Assembly (NCBI GenBank): GCA_964304625.1
Contig: OZ199838.1
Location: forward strand, 13,865,002-13,929,001
Direction of reading: 5' to 3'
From: Kudoa neothunni
Taxonomy: Eukaryota > Animalia > Cnidaria
DNA length: 64,000 bases
The notes beneath the pieces are model-generated. The model searched no databases and was not told the DNA's origin. It saw nothing but the letters and a program-made list of their open reading frames with translations. The translations under genes and the position numbers were made by a program. Below, piece after piece: positions 1-12,670 of the stretch (its first letter is position 1; each line of letters begins with the position of its first letter).

Positions 1-304
1 TATGATAAGTAGAATGAATCATATTAGAGTCAATATTAGTCATGCATTATTTAAAGCTCAATCGGATGAGTAAATAAGGAGGAAATTTTTGACGCCTTTC
101 GCTTAACTTGGTTTAATTTCGCGATATCTGTCATACTCTTTATATCTATATTGAATTTGTTCACAAAAATTGACTAATTAAATGAAATGTATGCTATGCA
201 CTTTATTATCACTTATATCGCCTCACGCTTGTGTATCTAACGAAATGCTTTCAAACATCTTTTAACGAAATAACAGATAAAAAATAAAATTTAATCATCA
301 AAAC

Positions 305-873
305 CAGGGGATCTCAACCCGGAATAAATTTTCAATGACATGGGATAAATTAAGTGACATTAAAGTCGGATATAGGAAATTTTTACATAATGCGGTTTGT
401 GAAATACTTAAGGATTTCTAAGGAACTATATTATTTAGAGCCACTAAACTCAATAAGAAGTTGCCACGAATACTTCAAATGTTTTTAATAAATGGTATTT
501 AACAACCATTAATAAAGCCATTATCAATTTCTTTTTTATCTCGTCTCCCTTTTAGAGATGTAGCCTAATAATAAAAATACTTAAAGTGGCTATTTTCACA
601 GTAAATAATATTCGGGCATCAATAATTTAATTAAGCTAAGTCTAAAAAATAAATCTGTAGACAGTATGTGAACAAAAGTTGATGCGATTAAAAAATGTCA
701 TTATGCAAGGGTACGTGTCCTTTAGGACCAGAATGTGCTCCTCGTATAGCCTCTGCTATAGCTAAGTGAGTAAAAACCTTGTGGTAAATAAGAATTCGGA
801 TTCTATGTTAGGGAGTAAATTTGATTTTTCACCAAGCCGAAGGGAAATTTAAAAAAACGGTTGAGAACCCCTG
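305..873. mobile_element. Non-autonomous hAT (Buster/Charlie-type) MITE
   Basis: TIRs CAGGGGATCTCAACC (305) / GGTTGAGAACCCCTG (873); degenerate 8-bp TSD ATCAAAAC / ATCTAGAG (NTCTAGAN-type target). Confidence 0.7.
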
Positions 874-1829
874 ATCTAGAGAATACAGTAAGAATCCAAT
901 TTCATGTAATTGAGTGCGTAATTATTTCAGAAAAAATTGACTTTTAATAATGATTAAGTTGTGTTTAAAAAGGCCAGTTAACTATATATTAATTTTTAAA
1001 AGATAATTAAAACTCGAGAAGCGTGTTAACAGCACAAAAATATTTTTCAATGATCTATGAAATACTTCCCCTGTTTCTATCGATAGAATAAGGCAGTTTC
1101 GTCTACACTGTAAATAAAATTTTCAGAGTATCTTTTAAAAAATGTTCTGATTTAATTGGTCTACTCTGAAATAGTTTCGGGCGTAACATCAACAGATTAA
1201 TTGATAAAATTTTACTTTTAAATGTTGGACCTTATTTTAAAATAGCGAACCTTCCACAAATTTCAGATGAAGGTAAACCTTTTTCTTCGGCAAATTAATT
1301 TCTCTTGATGATTACAAAAACATTTATAAGTTTTGATTATTTTATTTTTCATCTCTAGGATGCCATTAGGATTCGAGATAATAGATATTTTAAAACGTGA
1401 TATAGTGGCAGTTTTTGGGTTATTAGATTGGAGACTTTCATAATAATAAGTAATATTGTACTGCTCAGCAATAGGAATAGTTATAGAAGTATTTTGGCAT
1501 TAAATATTGACTTAACTAAATAATAAACGAGAAGTAACTGAAAAAGTGATGAAATTGTCGATCACGTGACTTTTAGTTCCATTATTTAATAACTTTTATA
1601 AAAATTCGAATTGAAATATTATAAGAAACATATATAAAAAATGGCCAATAAATATTATCACTAAAAAGATTTTTAAAAGTGCATGAACATAATTGAATTA
1701 TGTATCGCTTTTAAAGACAAAACGCGAAAAGTTTTATACCCAACAAATATGAAAATAACTGTAATTTCATTAAATAGAATATTTAAAATTAATATACTTT
1801 AAAAAATGTTGAGTTTAATTCTTTTCATG

Positions 1830-2140
1830 AATTAACCGAAAGTACTAGTGTAATTTTTCAGGAATGGTTTTTGAGAGATTTTTTAGTACAAAATGATTTT
1901 GGCTCCTAACGGCGCGGAAAAGATCGTACTAATTTGTAGTGAAACAGGAAAATAATTTCGAGACAAATCAATAACTATGAAAATATGGCGTGAAAAAATA
2001 TTTAAATAACAAGATTAAATTAGTAGAGAATTCAGGTTAAAATTTGGCTTACTCTACTATAGGATTTCCCGACTAATACAAATATCACATGTTTCCAACA
2101 GACTGTTATTCGCGATTTTAATCAGAGAAATTTGATTAAA
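1830..2140 (+). pseudogene. Highly degraded pogo/Tigger DDE_1 transposase fragment
   Basis: Broken frames give IFQEWFLRDF and a QTVIRDF stretch resembling DDE_1 motifs IFxEWF and DQGVIxxF; many stops. Confidence 0.3.
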
Positions 2141-2291
2141 AAGATTTTTCGGAGAATCACCCAAAAAATATTATGGGCCCATATTTAATGTATATGTAAA
2201 CTTTTTAATTGATGTGTAAAAATTGTTAAACTAAATAAAATAAAAGATTCCGTTGACGAATGCAAAAATTAGCATTTATACATATCCAAAA

Positions 2292-5200
2292 TTAAATAGA
2301 GCTTGACTCTATTGATTTGGGAAATTTTTGATGAAGGCTTATTTTCAGAAAAATACATAAATTGAAAATTTTACTTGTTAACTTCGTAGAACTTTTTCAC
2401 ATTTGAAAAAGAAGTTCCTTTCATGATTGGTACAAGTCCTGTGGCCAATAAAGGGAAGCAACCCGCAAAACAACACATTTTATCAGTCAGAGGCAACCTA
2501 AAACAAAAGCGCTATTATAATTTGCACACTCAGTAAATTTTGATTACCAAGAACCCAATTGGTCGTTATACAAGTAAGTTGTGTAGTCATTCAATGTGAT
2601 AACTGGCTGTTTGGTTTCCGTGTGAATATCAACAGATTTAATACATCCAAAACTATTGTCTACGTGAAAAAAATTAATAGATTTCGCGCTATTATAAAAA
2701 AATTATTAAAAACCTTTAATATGATCCATTGGAACGTAAATATTATTATGAAGTATTTTCTGAGAAGATACATCCCTTTCAAAATTTATTTATCACATTT
2801 AGTAGTGTCAATATTACCACACTAAAATCTGGCCGAATGTGGTCACAGCAGAAATATACATTTGAGAAGATAAAAATAACCCAATAACAGTGTCTGAGAT
2901 GATTATCTGAGGAAAAATACGCCATCCGGAATAATTGAGCACATGCAGTCTGTTATCTTCTGTGGTGCAAACGATCATTTTCCTGTGAGAGCATACAAAT
3001 AAGAATTATATTATTAATATAGCTTATCCTGAAATAGATATTTCAGGATAAACTATAGGAATAGCATGTAATTACTCGCAGTACTTAATAAAAACAACTC
3101 TTCCCGATAATGAGTAACACCAGCATGGCTGGTTATTCTTCAAACAACGTAATTCATAGGTTTTCCAACCTAATTTTTTGATAAAAACACCGCCATATTA
3201 GATCAATAATAAACTTGGATTCTTTGATTCGTTTTTAATTGAAATATTATACATAACTTGATCGATATCGATAGTGAACTCATGAGAATTGGCTATGGGT
3301 GGTGTATTCACCTTGATAGAACTACCGAACGATCTTCTCGAAAAGACGCCAATAACGGTGGTGGAATCCGGTGGAGTATCGCAATTATTTGTCTGTCTCA
3401 TCAAGCGAGAAACATTAGTGGATTTATTACTTCTTTCAGGGAATGATTCGGCGTCTTCAAAATGAACAGCTTTCCTAAAAATATTCACAATAATACAAAT
3501 GCTTATTGCTGATCGTTAACTGGTCAGTGAGTGTACCTTTTGGACTTTTTAGGCTGAATGACAGTGCTATTTTCATTATCTCTACTTATCGAAGGGCTGT
3601 CTTCGATAGGAGCAGCAATAAGAATGGGTGTAATCCGTCTTCGCCCATCCTTCAGAATGGTTTCTTTCTGTTGATGAACAACCACGTCATTTGTTTCTAC
3701 AGAAGGATTCGTATCCGTAGGTTTAGATGTTACTTCAACATCTTGCTGTAATTGTCGGCTATTGTCTTCATCAACAGGGCTAACTTCGGCCCTGTCATTA
3801 CTGGTCTCAAAGCCATTCGACGATTCCATAAGCACGCCATTGGTGTGATTGATATCGAGGAAATCTGCGCTCATTGGAATATTGGGTATTTGATAGGCAG
3901 TCTTAATGCTCAGACCGTAATGTCTTTTGTGGTAGTCGGTTATTTCGCTAGCATTCAAAGGATACTGCCCTAAATCTTTCGCCGGATCGAATGTAACAAA
4001 TGACAGATTTCCTTCAACGCAAGACACCAACAAAATATTTCCTGTTGAATCCCTACGATTTAAAAAGATAAAGAGTTTTCGTCGATCCACACTCCAATAT
4101 ATACCAACTCATGTCTGCTATAGCAGATATGAACAAATTGTGCACAACAACGAATGGCCTTTTTTGCGGAAATTTCTAAATAAAATCGTCACATAAAATA
4201 TCGCTTTCTAATTCTTCAGCGGGCTGTCATTGGTGATTCGCACCTTTTAAACTATTTATTGGATTATTTTTTGAACGTAACAAATTTTATAAACTTAAAT
4301 CTATTAAAATGTACAGATACTTTTTCCACTTTTGTGTTTGATCAGTTAATGTTTTAATCATTAACAATAAATGCATCATTGTTTTACAGAAAACTTATCT
4401 CCACACATTAATCAGCTAACGATTATTAAAATTTGATATACATAACTATAATTAAAATAAAATAAATAAATAAAAAATATTTAGTAATGTACATTAATCT
4501 CATGCCATTCAAATTAAAAATTAAAGTCAGCGTTTATTAATTAAATGAATGATGAAAAATACGAAAAAAAGTACCATTTATACATATATTTCATGTATAA
4601 CGTTCAATATACGCGTTAATTTTAGGTATCGATTTTAAATGACCCGGCACTAATGAATAATTCGACGTGGACGAGACATTTAAATTTTTAAATAATAATC
4701 CGTTATTACTGAAATTAAAATCTGACTGTAATATTCAAATAGTTCTAATTCATTTGATTAATTTCTAAAACTGTATACTCCACCCCAGTTATCAACCATT
4801 CGCGGTACGTCCCTTGCATACGCTCATATTAAAAATTCAAACATAACCATAATGTTACTACATTTAAAACGTTATTAAAATATTTATTTGACGCATTTTA
4901 AAAGTAACGATATCATTTTAAATATATTTTTAAAAAATATAAAACAGAAGAAGCGGCAGTCAATATATGGAAAGGTACCTCATATGAGGCGAGGTTATAC
5001 GATACTTAACCCGTCAAAAAATTATGGGAATTTCGAGTTCAATGTTCGCGGTTGATAACGAGAGTATCCATTTAGTTAGCGAGTCGGATGATTGAAGATT
5101 ATTCACGCATTAAATATTGTCTTTCTCCAAATTAATTCTCAGTAATCATAAAACAGTTTATTATAATAAAATACAGTTCTAAGTAAATAAGAAGAGTGAT

Positions 5201-7456
5201 ATATCTGTAAAATTCCGCGAAAATAAAAAATACTTAAGGGGTTAAATTAGAACTTTCACTCGAACTTTATTTACCTATGAAATTGAAGGAGGCCATTATA
5301 TACTTCGTTCAATATTCTTGATTAATTTATCTGCTCTAATTTGTAAAACCGGCCGAATTTCTTCGTTTACAATTAATCAGGATTAATTTTTGCAAAGATA
5401 AGCTTTAATTGAAAAACTTAAAAAAAATAAATCATATTCTTTCAATGTTATGGTAATTTAGGTTTTCCTTGGTTTAATAATTACATAATATCCACTAAAA
5501 GATAAGTTATTAATTATCAGCAGATTAGAGTTGTTATATTATGTGTGTGAGCACACAACTCATACACTATAAGTTTGCTTTAGTAGTTAAACCTCCTACT
5601 AAAAGGAAATGGCGATAAAATATTCGTATCACTAAAAATCTAAGGTACTAAAGTTTATTACATGCATCTGCGCTAGAAGATGAGGATTAAACATACTAAG
5701 ACCATTCACCTTCCTGCATTACTCTCGCGGTCAACTCCATGCCCGTGGTGTTAGAAAAAAAGTTACCCACAAAGATAAAGTACCATCTCTACTTCCCAAT
5801 GCACATACAACACTCTAAACACACAAATTATTGACAATTGAACCAAAACAATCTAACAAAAATACAATATCATCATCGTCGCTAGAAGTGTCGTTCTTTT
5901 TGTAGATATTGGGGTTGAAAGCCTGAATAAGATATAACAACAGTTGGCTAATCAAACAAATCATTTACCACAGATGAAATTGCAGCACGATGGCCGACAC
6001 AATCTTTGTTACTGACCCAACTGCCTCGTTCGATAATTTTTGCAACTGGGGCGGTGTTGTTGGCCGCATGAGCACTCACAATAAATTGCCCATCACTTGA
6101 CCATGCAAGGCGCAAGAACTGGGTCAGAGATGTGGCTTTCTTGAAAGGTTTCTTTATTACAGCAGTTGGTGAAACCGTGCTGGTATTATCACCAACAAAA
6201 TTCAACGTAGACCAAATCATCAAGGTTTTATCATCCGACTGTCATGAGATGATTCATATAAAAAGTCAAAAACTATGTTTAAATCACCTGCGACGCTAAA
6301 AATTCCCCTACTGGATCCCACGCCAAGCCTTTCACAAAACTTTGGTGCCCAACCAACTTTCTTATCATATCTATAAATACACACTAACTAAAACAAACGC
6401 CACTACAAACCCTTACTTGGAAAGTTGGTCACATCCCATATACAAATGAGATTATCAATACTAGCTGATGCTAGAAATTTTCTACAGTTCGACCATGCAA
6501 TATCCAATATATCTAAGGTAGGTTCAGTTGATGATCTGTCAACATCATCAATCGTTAAATCTACCTCCGGTATGGCCTTGAAGAGTGTGCATGGATTTCC
6601 ACATTTCGCGATTTTTCAATGCTTTTTCGTTGGTATAGGTTTTCATCCTTCGATCGAATTCAATCAAAGATATAAACATTAAACTTAATTCACTTTTTTC
6701 GGCACCATATTATAACATTGCAGTCGTCGCCACCAGATGCTAAAAGTTGCCCATTTTTCGACCAACGAACACAGTTCACACATCCTACAATTTTTATTTT
6801 ACATGTGCACACAGATTTTAATGGTTTGTCGCTCTTACCAGTATGTTCCTCCAACTCGGCGACTTTTGCATGAGAGGCGTACTTCTCAAAACTTCCGCCG
6901 TCCAGTACGATCCTTCGCACACTGCCCAGATCCCAGATGCATATCTTACCTGAAGCATCGCCTAAAGAATATCATAATTTGAATTTTTGTTTTTTTCGAA
7001 GTTTTATATGGTTCTACGGCGGTAAATACCAATGTTCTGATGTGACACGCATGCGGAAGTTGATTAGAACTTTTTATTTACAATCAAAATTATTAATGCA
7101 CCAACGGTATATCGGTGCGACTGGAAAATGATTAAATTTTAGCGATTAATATTTACGAACGAACAACTACTACAGCGAATACATCAGTATAACATTCGCC
7201 AACATGGAGTTATGTTTAATCAGTGGGAAAAATGAAACCAAAATCCAATACAACATTCTCAAATATTAAATTCACTCATTACCTCTTCCAGCGGTAGCTA
7301 TTCTCGCTCCTGTAGGATCAATATCAAGGGATAATATTTGGTCGCCTAAATTTGGATCAAAGTTAGCATGCAATCAAAATGCAGTAATTAAATTTGATAT
7401 GAAAAATTAGTATTTATACCATCATGATGCATCCACTCTGGTTTTAATAGTCTCAT
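2292..7456 (-). CDS. HIRA: HIRA histone H3.3 chaperone (WD40 repeats, ASF1-binding B domain, Hira domain); about 19 exons
   Basis: Manual splicing at GT-AG introns gives [100 protein letters not shown] and B domain QKETILKDGRRRITP. ATG at 7456; last exon/stop (2292) is less certain. Confidence 0.93.
4775..5066. mobile_element. Putative Tc1/mariner-type MITE inside the long HIRA intron
   Basis: Imperfect inverted termini TACTC..GTTATCAACC / GGTTGATAACGAGAGTA. Confidence 0.35.
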
Positions 7457-9879
7457 CGTCATGTGAAACACAACAACCTACCTCACACCTACCAACCGAC
7501 TGTGCTAAATCCGAACAGCTGGCGGCGTTATTTCAACTCGATTTCCATTGATCGAAATAATCGATTTGTAAGAGATAATAATGGATGAGAAATGCTCAAA
7601 TTTACGTTTTATGTAGCTTAAATTAATTTTTTTGAGTACGAAAAATTTAAGTAAGCTAGCTTTGTTGTAGGCGAAATTATTTCAATTTTATTTCCACTAT
7701 GCAAAATTCCGAACTTTTTCTCCCTAATCTCAGATTTGAGTGTGCGACTGTAAGCGCATGACAACCTTGTTGTGATCGAGTGCAGCTTATGTTGTTCATT
7801 TGTGTTGCTCCCTGTTTGTAACGTTGTGCATTTAAGTCACCACCATATGGTTAATATAATAAAAATCATATTTGTAATGAATTAGTAAAACATTTCCACG
7901 TTCATAGTTTTTCTAGAAACAATTAATGCATATTGATTGATTAGTTTATTTATTTATTTATAAGTCACGATTATTTTACTCTTTATTATAACTAAGTTCC
8001 CAGCTTATTGTAGTTCTTTAACATGTAATACACGAGAATATGAAAAAAGTTTCATTTAAACAGTTGAGGTAAAATGAATTTTTGCTGTGAGCCCGAACTA
8101 ATAAATACAATATGCAATTTAAGATAAAGTGTTGTTTCCGATGTAAAATTTTCTTTCCTGTCTCGATCTTTAATTAATTTTATGTATTGATTATATGAAC
8201 TGAGAGAATTTCAGTGACTTCCCAATGTAAGTAAATTGATGGGAACAAGTATCTGTTTTTGTCTACCTGGGTAAGCTCCTATTCGTACATGAAATAGTGT
8301 TCTCACCCACGATCTGCTTGGGCTAATCAATTATGTATCAAGCTTAGCCCATTTGTGATTACAATCGCACAAAGTTGTAATTTTTTAAATAATTTTAGGT
8401 TCTAACAAAAAAAAAACAGTTTAAAATTTTGAATTATTGATAATAAATCAATTATAAATTAAAGATGAATTTTGAACGTGGCTGTTTGCATGTGAAATAA
8501 TATTCGGGTATCATTAGTTTTTAGGATATTTAATCATTTTTATACCTAAGAGCGAAGCGGTGGGTCAGAAATAATTATGAAAAATTATAAAAAAAATCTC
8601 TGCTTTGTATTCATCATCAATTTGATCAAGAAAGTGGCTATTGACACGATCATAATGTCCAGGTGGGTATAGTTTTGACTGTATTTAATTATTTTTGGCC
8701 CCTAGGAGCGGTAGCGAAAAGACAAAAATAAGTAAATACAGTAGACTCTAAAAAAATAAACTTTTTAGATCAACTATAAATAGGAGTTAACGGGTATAAA
8801 TATGAGCACCGCGCAAACGTAGTTGTCATTTTGGATTAAAAACTTCCGTATCAATATCGAATGCCATTGATCAATCATAATGTAACACAAGGTCTGAACT
8901 GAGATTCGAACATGGGTCATTTGCATTAAAAGACGGTGATGCCACACATCTCGATAAATAAAACAAATTGACATGAAGGAATTAAATTCATCGTTCCTAT
9001 AAACAACATTTCAATGATAACTACATTATTAATAAGATAGTGTGATTCGTTCACAGTGGATTTTTGTAGGCAATATTAAGAGAAATTTTCTTATCAAAAT
9101 CCAGCAATGCATTATTTTTTGGAATAAACTATTTTATTCCTTTTAAAATGTTGGCTAAACTACGGTACCACAGTATCTGTGTACGATCTTCGGGCGGTGT
9201 CGCATACAAAATCGGAAATAAATCTTAAGTCGATCACATTCGGATTCACGTGGAATCTCTATGTTGTTGTGTCTGCAATTTTAACAAATTCTAAATCGTT
9301 AACTGTTCACTGATTTTTTTTATTTGTACCTGTTAGTAAAAGTTTGTGAATGTTCTATCTTGTGATTTCGGATTTTAAAAACAGAACTTTCTGATTTATT
9401 CCATTCAAAATAAAAAAAAAGGTGTTGCAATTTAACAGTAGTATTCCATGGTATGGTTTTTAGTTTATAAATTTTTTTGGATATTTTATTCATGAGTAAA
9501 AAAATGTTATAACAATATTTGTTCCAAAATTTAAACATGAAAAGTTTTAATTTATTTGATTAAGTTATCTTTTTATTTATATACATTTAGTAACTAAAAC
9601 CCAAAATATTCAATGATTTTGTTTTTAATTAAAATTAACTTTAAAGTAGGCAATCGTTTCACGAATCAAAATGTACAACTCTAACCATTCTAAGTCATAT
9701 CAATTATGGATTTAGCGAGTCAAAAGCATTTTTGTATTATCTCAGTAATATAGAATAGCGTAAAATCTAAAAATAAACATTTATTACTTAGTTTTGGAAT
9801 ATATAATGTAATATGACGTCATATTTTAATATCTACCTTATATATTTCTGTGTGGTTGAGTATTTCGAACGTTTTAAAC

Positions 9880-10140
9880 TAATATAATTAATTTGCAGCT
9901 GTTAGAAAACTTGAATTAAACGTTAAAACTAAAAAACCGAAAAAATAAACCTATAAATACAATCATACTCCATAGAAATGTAACAACATATAAATGTGCG
10001 CATGCGTACAAAGATATAACTTAAATAACCGGTCATTTATTCAAAATTTAATCGATGAATTTTCCTCATATTTTGTCATTCAATGCTGAATTTTATTCGG
10101 AAGGTGAAAATTTTTCGGCTATTTAGAAGGCATTTAAAAA
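9880..10140 (+). repeat. Dispersed repeat copy 1 (old TE end), related to 51365-51665
   Basis: Shared colinear blocks CCTATAAATACAATCA, TGCGCATGCG, CCTCATATTTTGTCA..CAATGCTG; diverged between blocks. Confidence 0.7.
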
Positions 10141-11838
10141 AAGATTATTACAACTATTTTGGGATTTATGTACTTTACCATCATTTATTGTTTGCAGATA
10201 AATAATATACTCCGATTTGAAAAATATTCAATATTTAAAAAGTTACCGTTTTAATAAATATATTAATAGTTTAATTCTTTTTATATAATAGATTAGTCTT
10301 GAATAATTTCATTGGATTTCTTAAAAATAAAAATCTCCTAATAACAATATTACTCTTGGATTTTAAGACAGGGTTAAATTTAATAATAAATTAAATAAAT
10401 GCGCAATATCTATCGAAGAACTTCATACGGGGTTTGAATTTTGGTAGGAAACAACTACAAATATATGAATTATAACTTAAGAGAATTATGAGAAAGAATT
10501 GGTTTTATAAAATGAAAATATAATGACACACAACGAAAAGTTCGCAATAACCAATGCTGACCGTAAATTCTTATTATGTGAGATTTGATCAAAGATAATT
10601 TCATCTAAAGTTATTTATCATTCACTATATCTATGATCCGAAAATTTTACATGTACCAAACACTTCGAACCATGCCATCTTGAATGTGGTAACGCAATTC
10701 GAATAATGATCCTATAAGGAACACTTGAATCAAAGTATCAATTCTTATGGACATTTTGAATTATCCTCGGATCCTCAAGTTTGTTACAGGGTTCAAATTT
10801 GAAATCGCTGCTTAAGGGTTTAATAAAGCCGCTTATAGGCGTGTTATAAAATAACGTGAATAAAAAATGAAACAGTGAAATTTCAAAATAAATGGAATCA
10901 TTTCATTTCAGATAATATTCAATAAAAATAAATTTTCTGATTCTTGAAACATCCCAAAAAATTCACATATTTTTACAATAAAACGTAATATTGCTAGAAT
11001 TTGTATATTGTGTTATTTCTAGATATATATTAAAGCTTTTCCCGTTAAATTGTTGTCTAAGACTTTTATATCTGATATATTTAATGAATATCAAATAACT
11101 TAATAGTAGTTCCATTAATGATATTTTTACGTTATATAACTAAAGCAACCATAAAATTGAACTTTTCGATTCGTCGAGATTATTTAAAATAAAGAGGGTT
11201 ATGATATTATTGATGAGGGTCAAAAATTATATGTAACATAATGCTCCAGGTCACTATCTATTAAGGGTATTAGATGTGAAAATCTGTAATATCGTCCTCC
11301 TTAATTATTAACTGGTATAACTACAAATATAAACGTTACTAATAATAAATAATCCCAATACAATATCTGATCGATACTATATTAATTTATAATAATGTTA
11401 TTACTATTATCGCTTCATCGATGCTCTTTCTTAATTAAATTAATCCATATTAACTAAAATTCGAAAAAAATAGTGTTTTTTAATTTTATAATCATAATAA
11501 TTAAAAATAATTCAATTTATAAATATTAATTGTTGAATTTAATGGGGCATATTAATAAATTAGTAAATTTCTCGTGGATTTGTTGATAATAATGTTAGAT
11601 TACGGATAATCGGAGTTCCGTACAGGTACAAAATTACGTGTCTGAATCATACTGGTGCATTTTATAAAGAAGTAATACCTATAACATAACCTATTTAAAT
11701 TACTCATATTTTATTATGGGATTAACACTATGTAGTAAAAATAACAGGTTGTACCGATAATCCAAACCGTTTAACTGTGCCACAGCTAGTTTAATCGATA
11801 TTAATTTGACTGAATTCGAGTGAAAATTATTTTGAAAT

Positions 11839-12670
11839 ATGAACGACATTGAAATAATGGAATATTACAACAAGAAGGTGATATTGGTATGTTATAATTT
11901 TTTTTAAATGTATTGATTATTTTCATAATCTAAACGAAAAACATTTTTCCAGCTCAGAGATGAGGTGGAGTGTGTTATGAACGAAATAAGCTTATTAGAA
12001 GCTGCCATCAATGAACTTGAAACAATTTTAGAGGATAGTTTAGAACGTGAATCCCAAGTAATCGATTGATGAGGCTTCGATTTATGACTAGATCCATCTG
12101 TTAGAAAAGAATAACGTCGGAGATTGCTGCAATGGCTAAACAAAGAGCACTGTAACTGTTTCTAATTTATATATATATTATTAATACTTGTATATTAATA
12201 TGATAGGAGATGTAATCTACTTTCTTGGATTTTTGATCAGTATAAGGACTTCATTATCGATATGAAAGAAATTATAGAAGATGTGACTAAAACATGTGAT
12301 CACAGGTTTTATTGATTTAATTTTAGAACCAAGGAAATGACATACACATAGAGGTCATTGAATTGTTTGAATCATATTACGATCCGTCTATCGAATATTA
12401 CAGAAAATTTAGTCTGGTAATTTTACACGTGGACCTCTAATATGCTTCTATATCAAATTTGTTTAATGGATTCCATTAGGCTGATAATCAAATTTTAACC
12501 TGTTATGATTATAAAGATCTCGTTTTCAATAAGACTTTTGGGTTGATCGATTCGGTGGTCGGCAATAAGGATGAGCTAAAAAAAACTCTGTAATTTTATT
12601 TAAATGATTTCTTCCTCATTTTTTTGTTAGAAAAAGTATAGTTAATAGGGAAGACGCTAATGCTTGTTGA
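11839..12670 (+). CDS. Orphan 168-aa protein with acidic N-terminal coiled coil; 7 exons
   Basis: Exons 11839-11877, 11953-12057, 12105-12151, 12207-12282, 12327-12416, 12480-12589, 12631-12670 join in frame at GT-AG introns: MNDIEIMEYYNKKLRDEVECVMNEISLLEAAINELETILEDSLERESQKRITSEIAAMAKQRAL...NREDANAC*. Confidence 0.75.

Noticed and set aside
7745-7820. Selenoprotein with in-frame TGA near cysteines
   Set aside because: No start codon in frame, no family motif, no recognisable SECIS.
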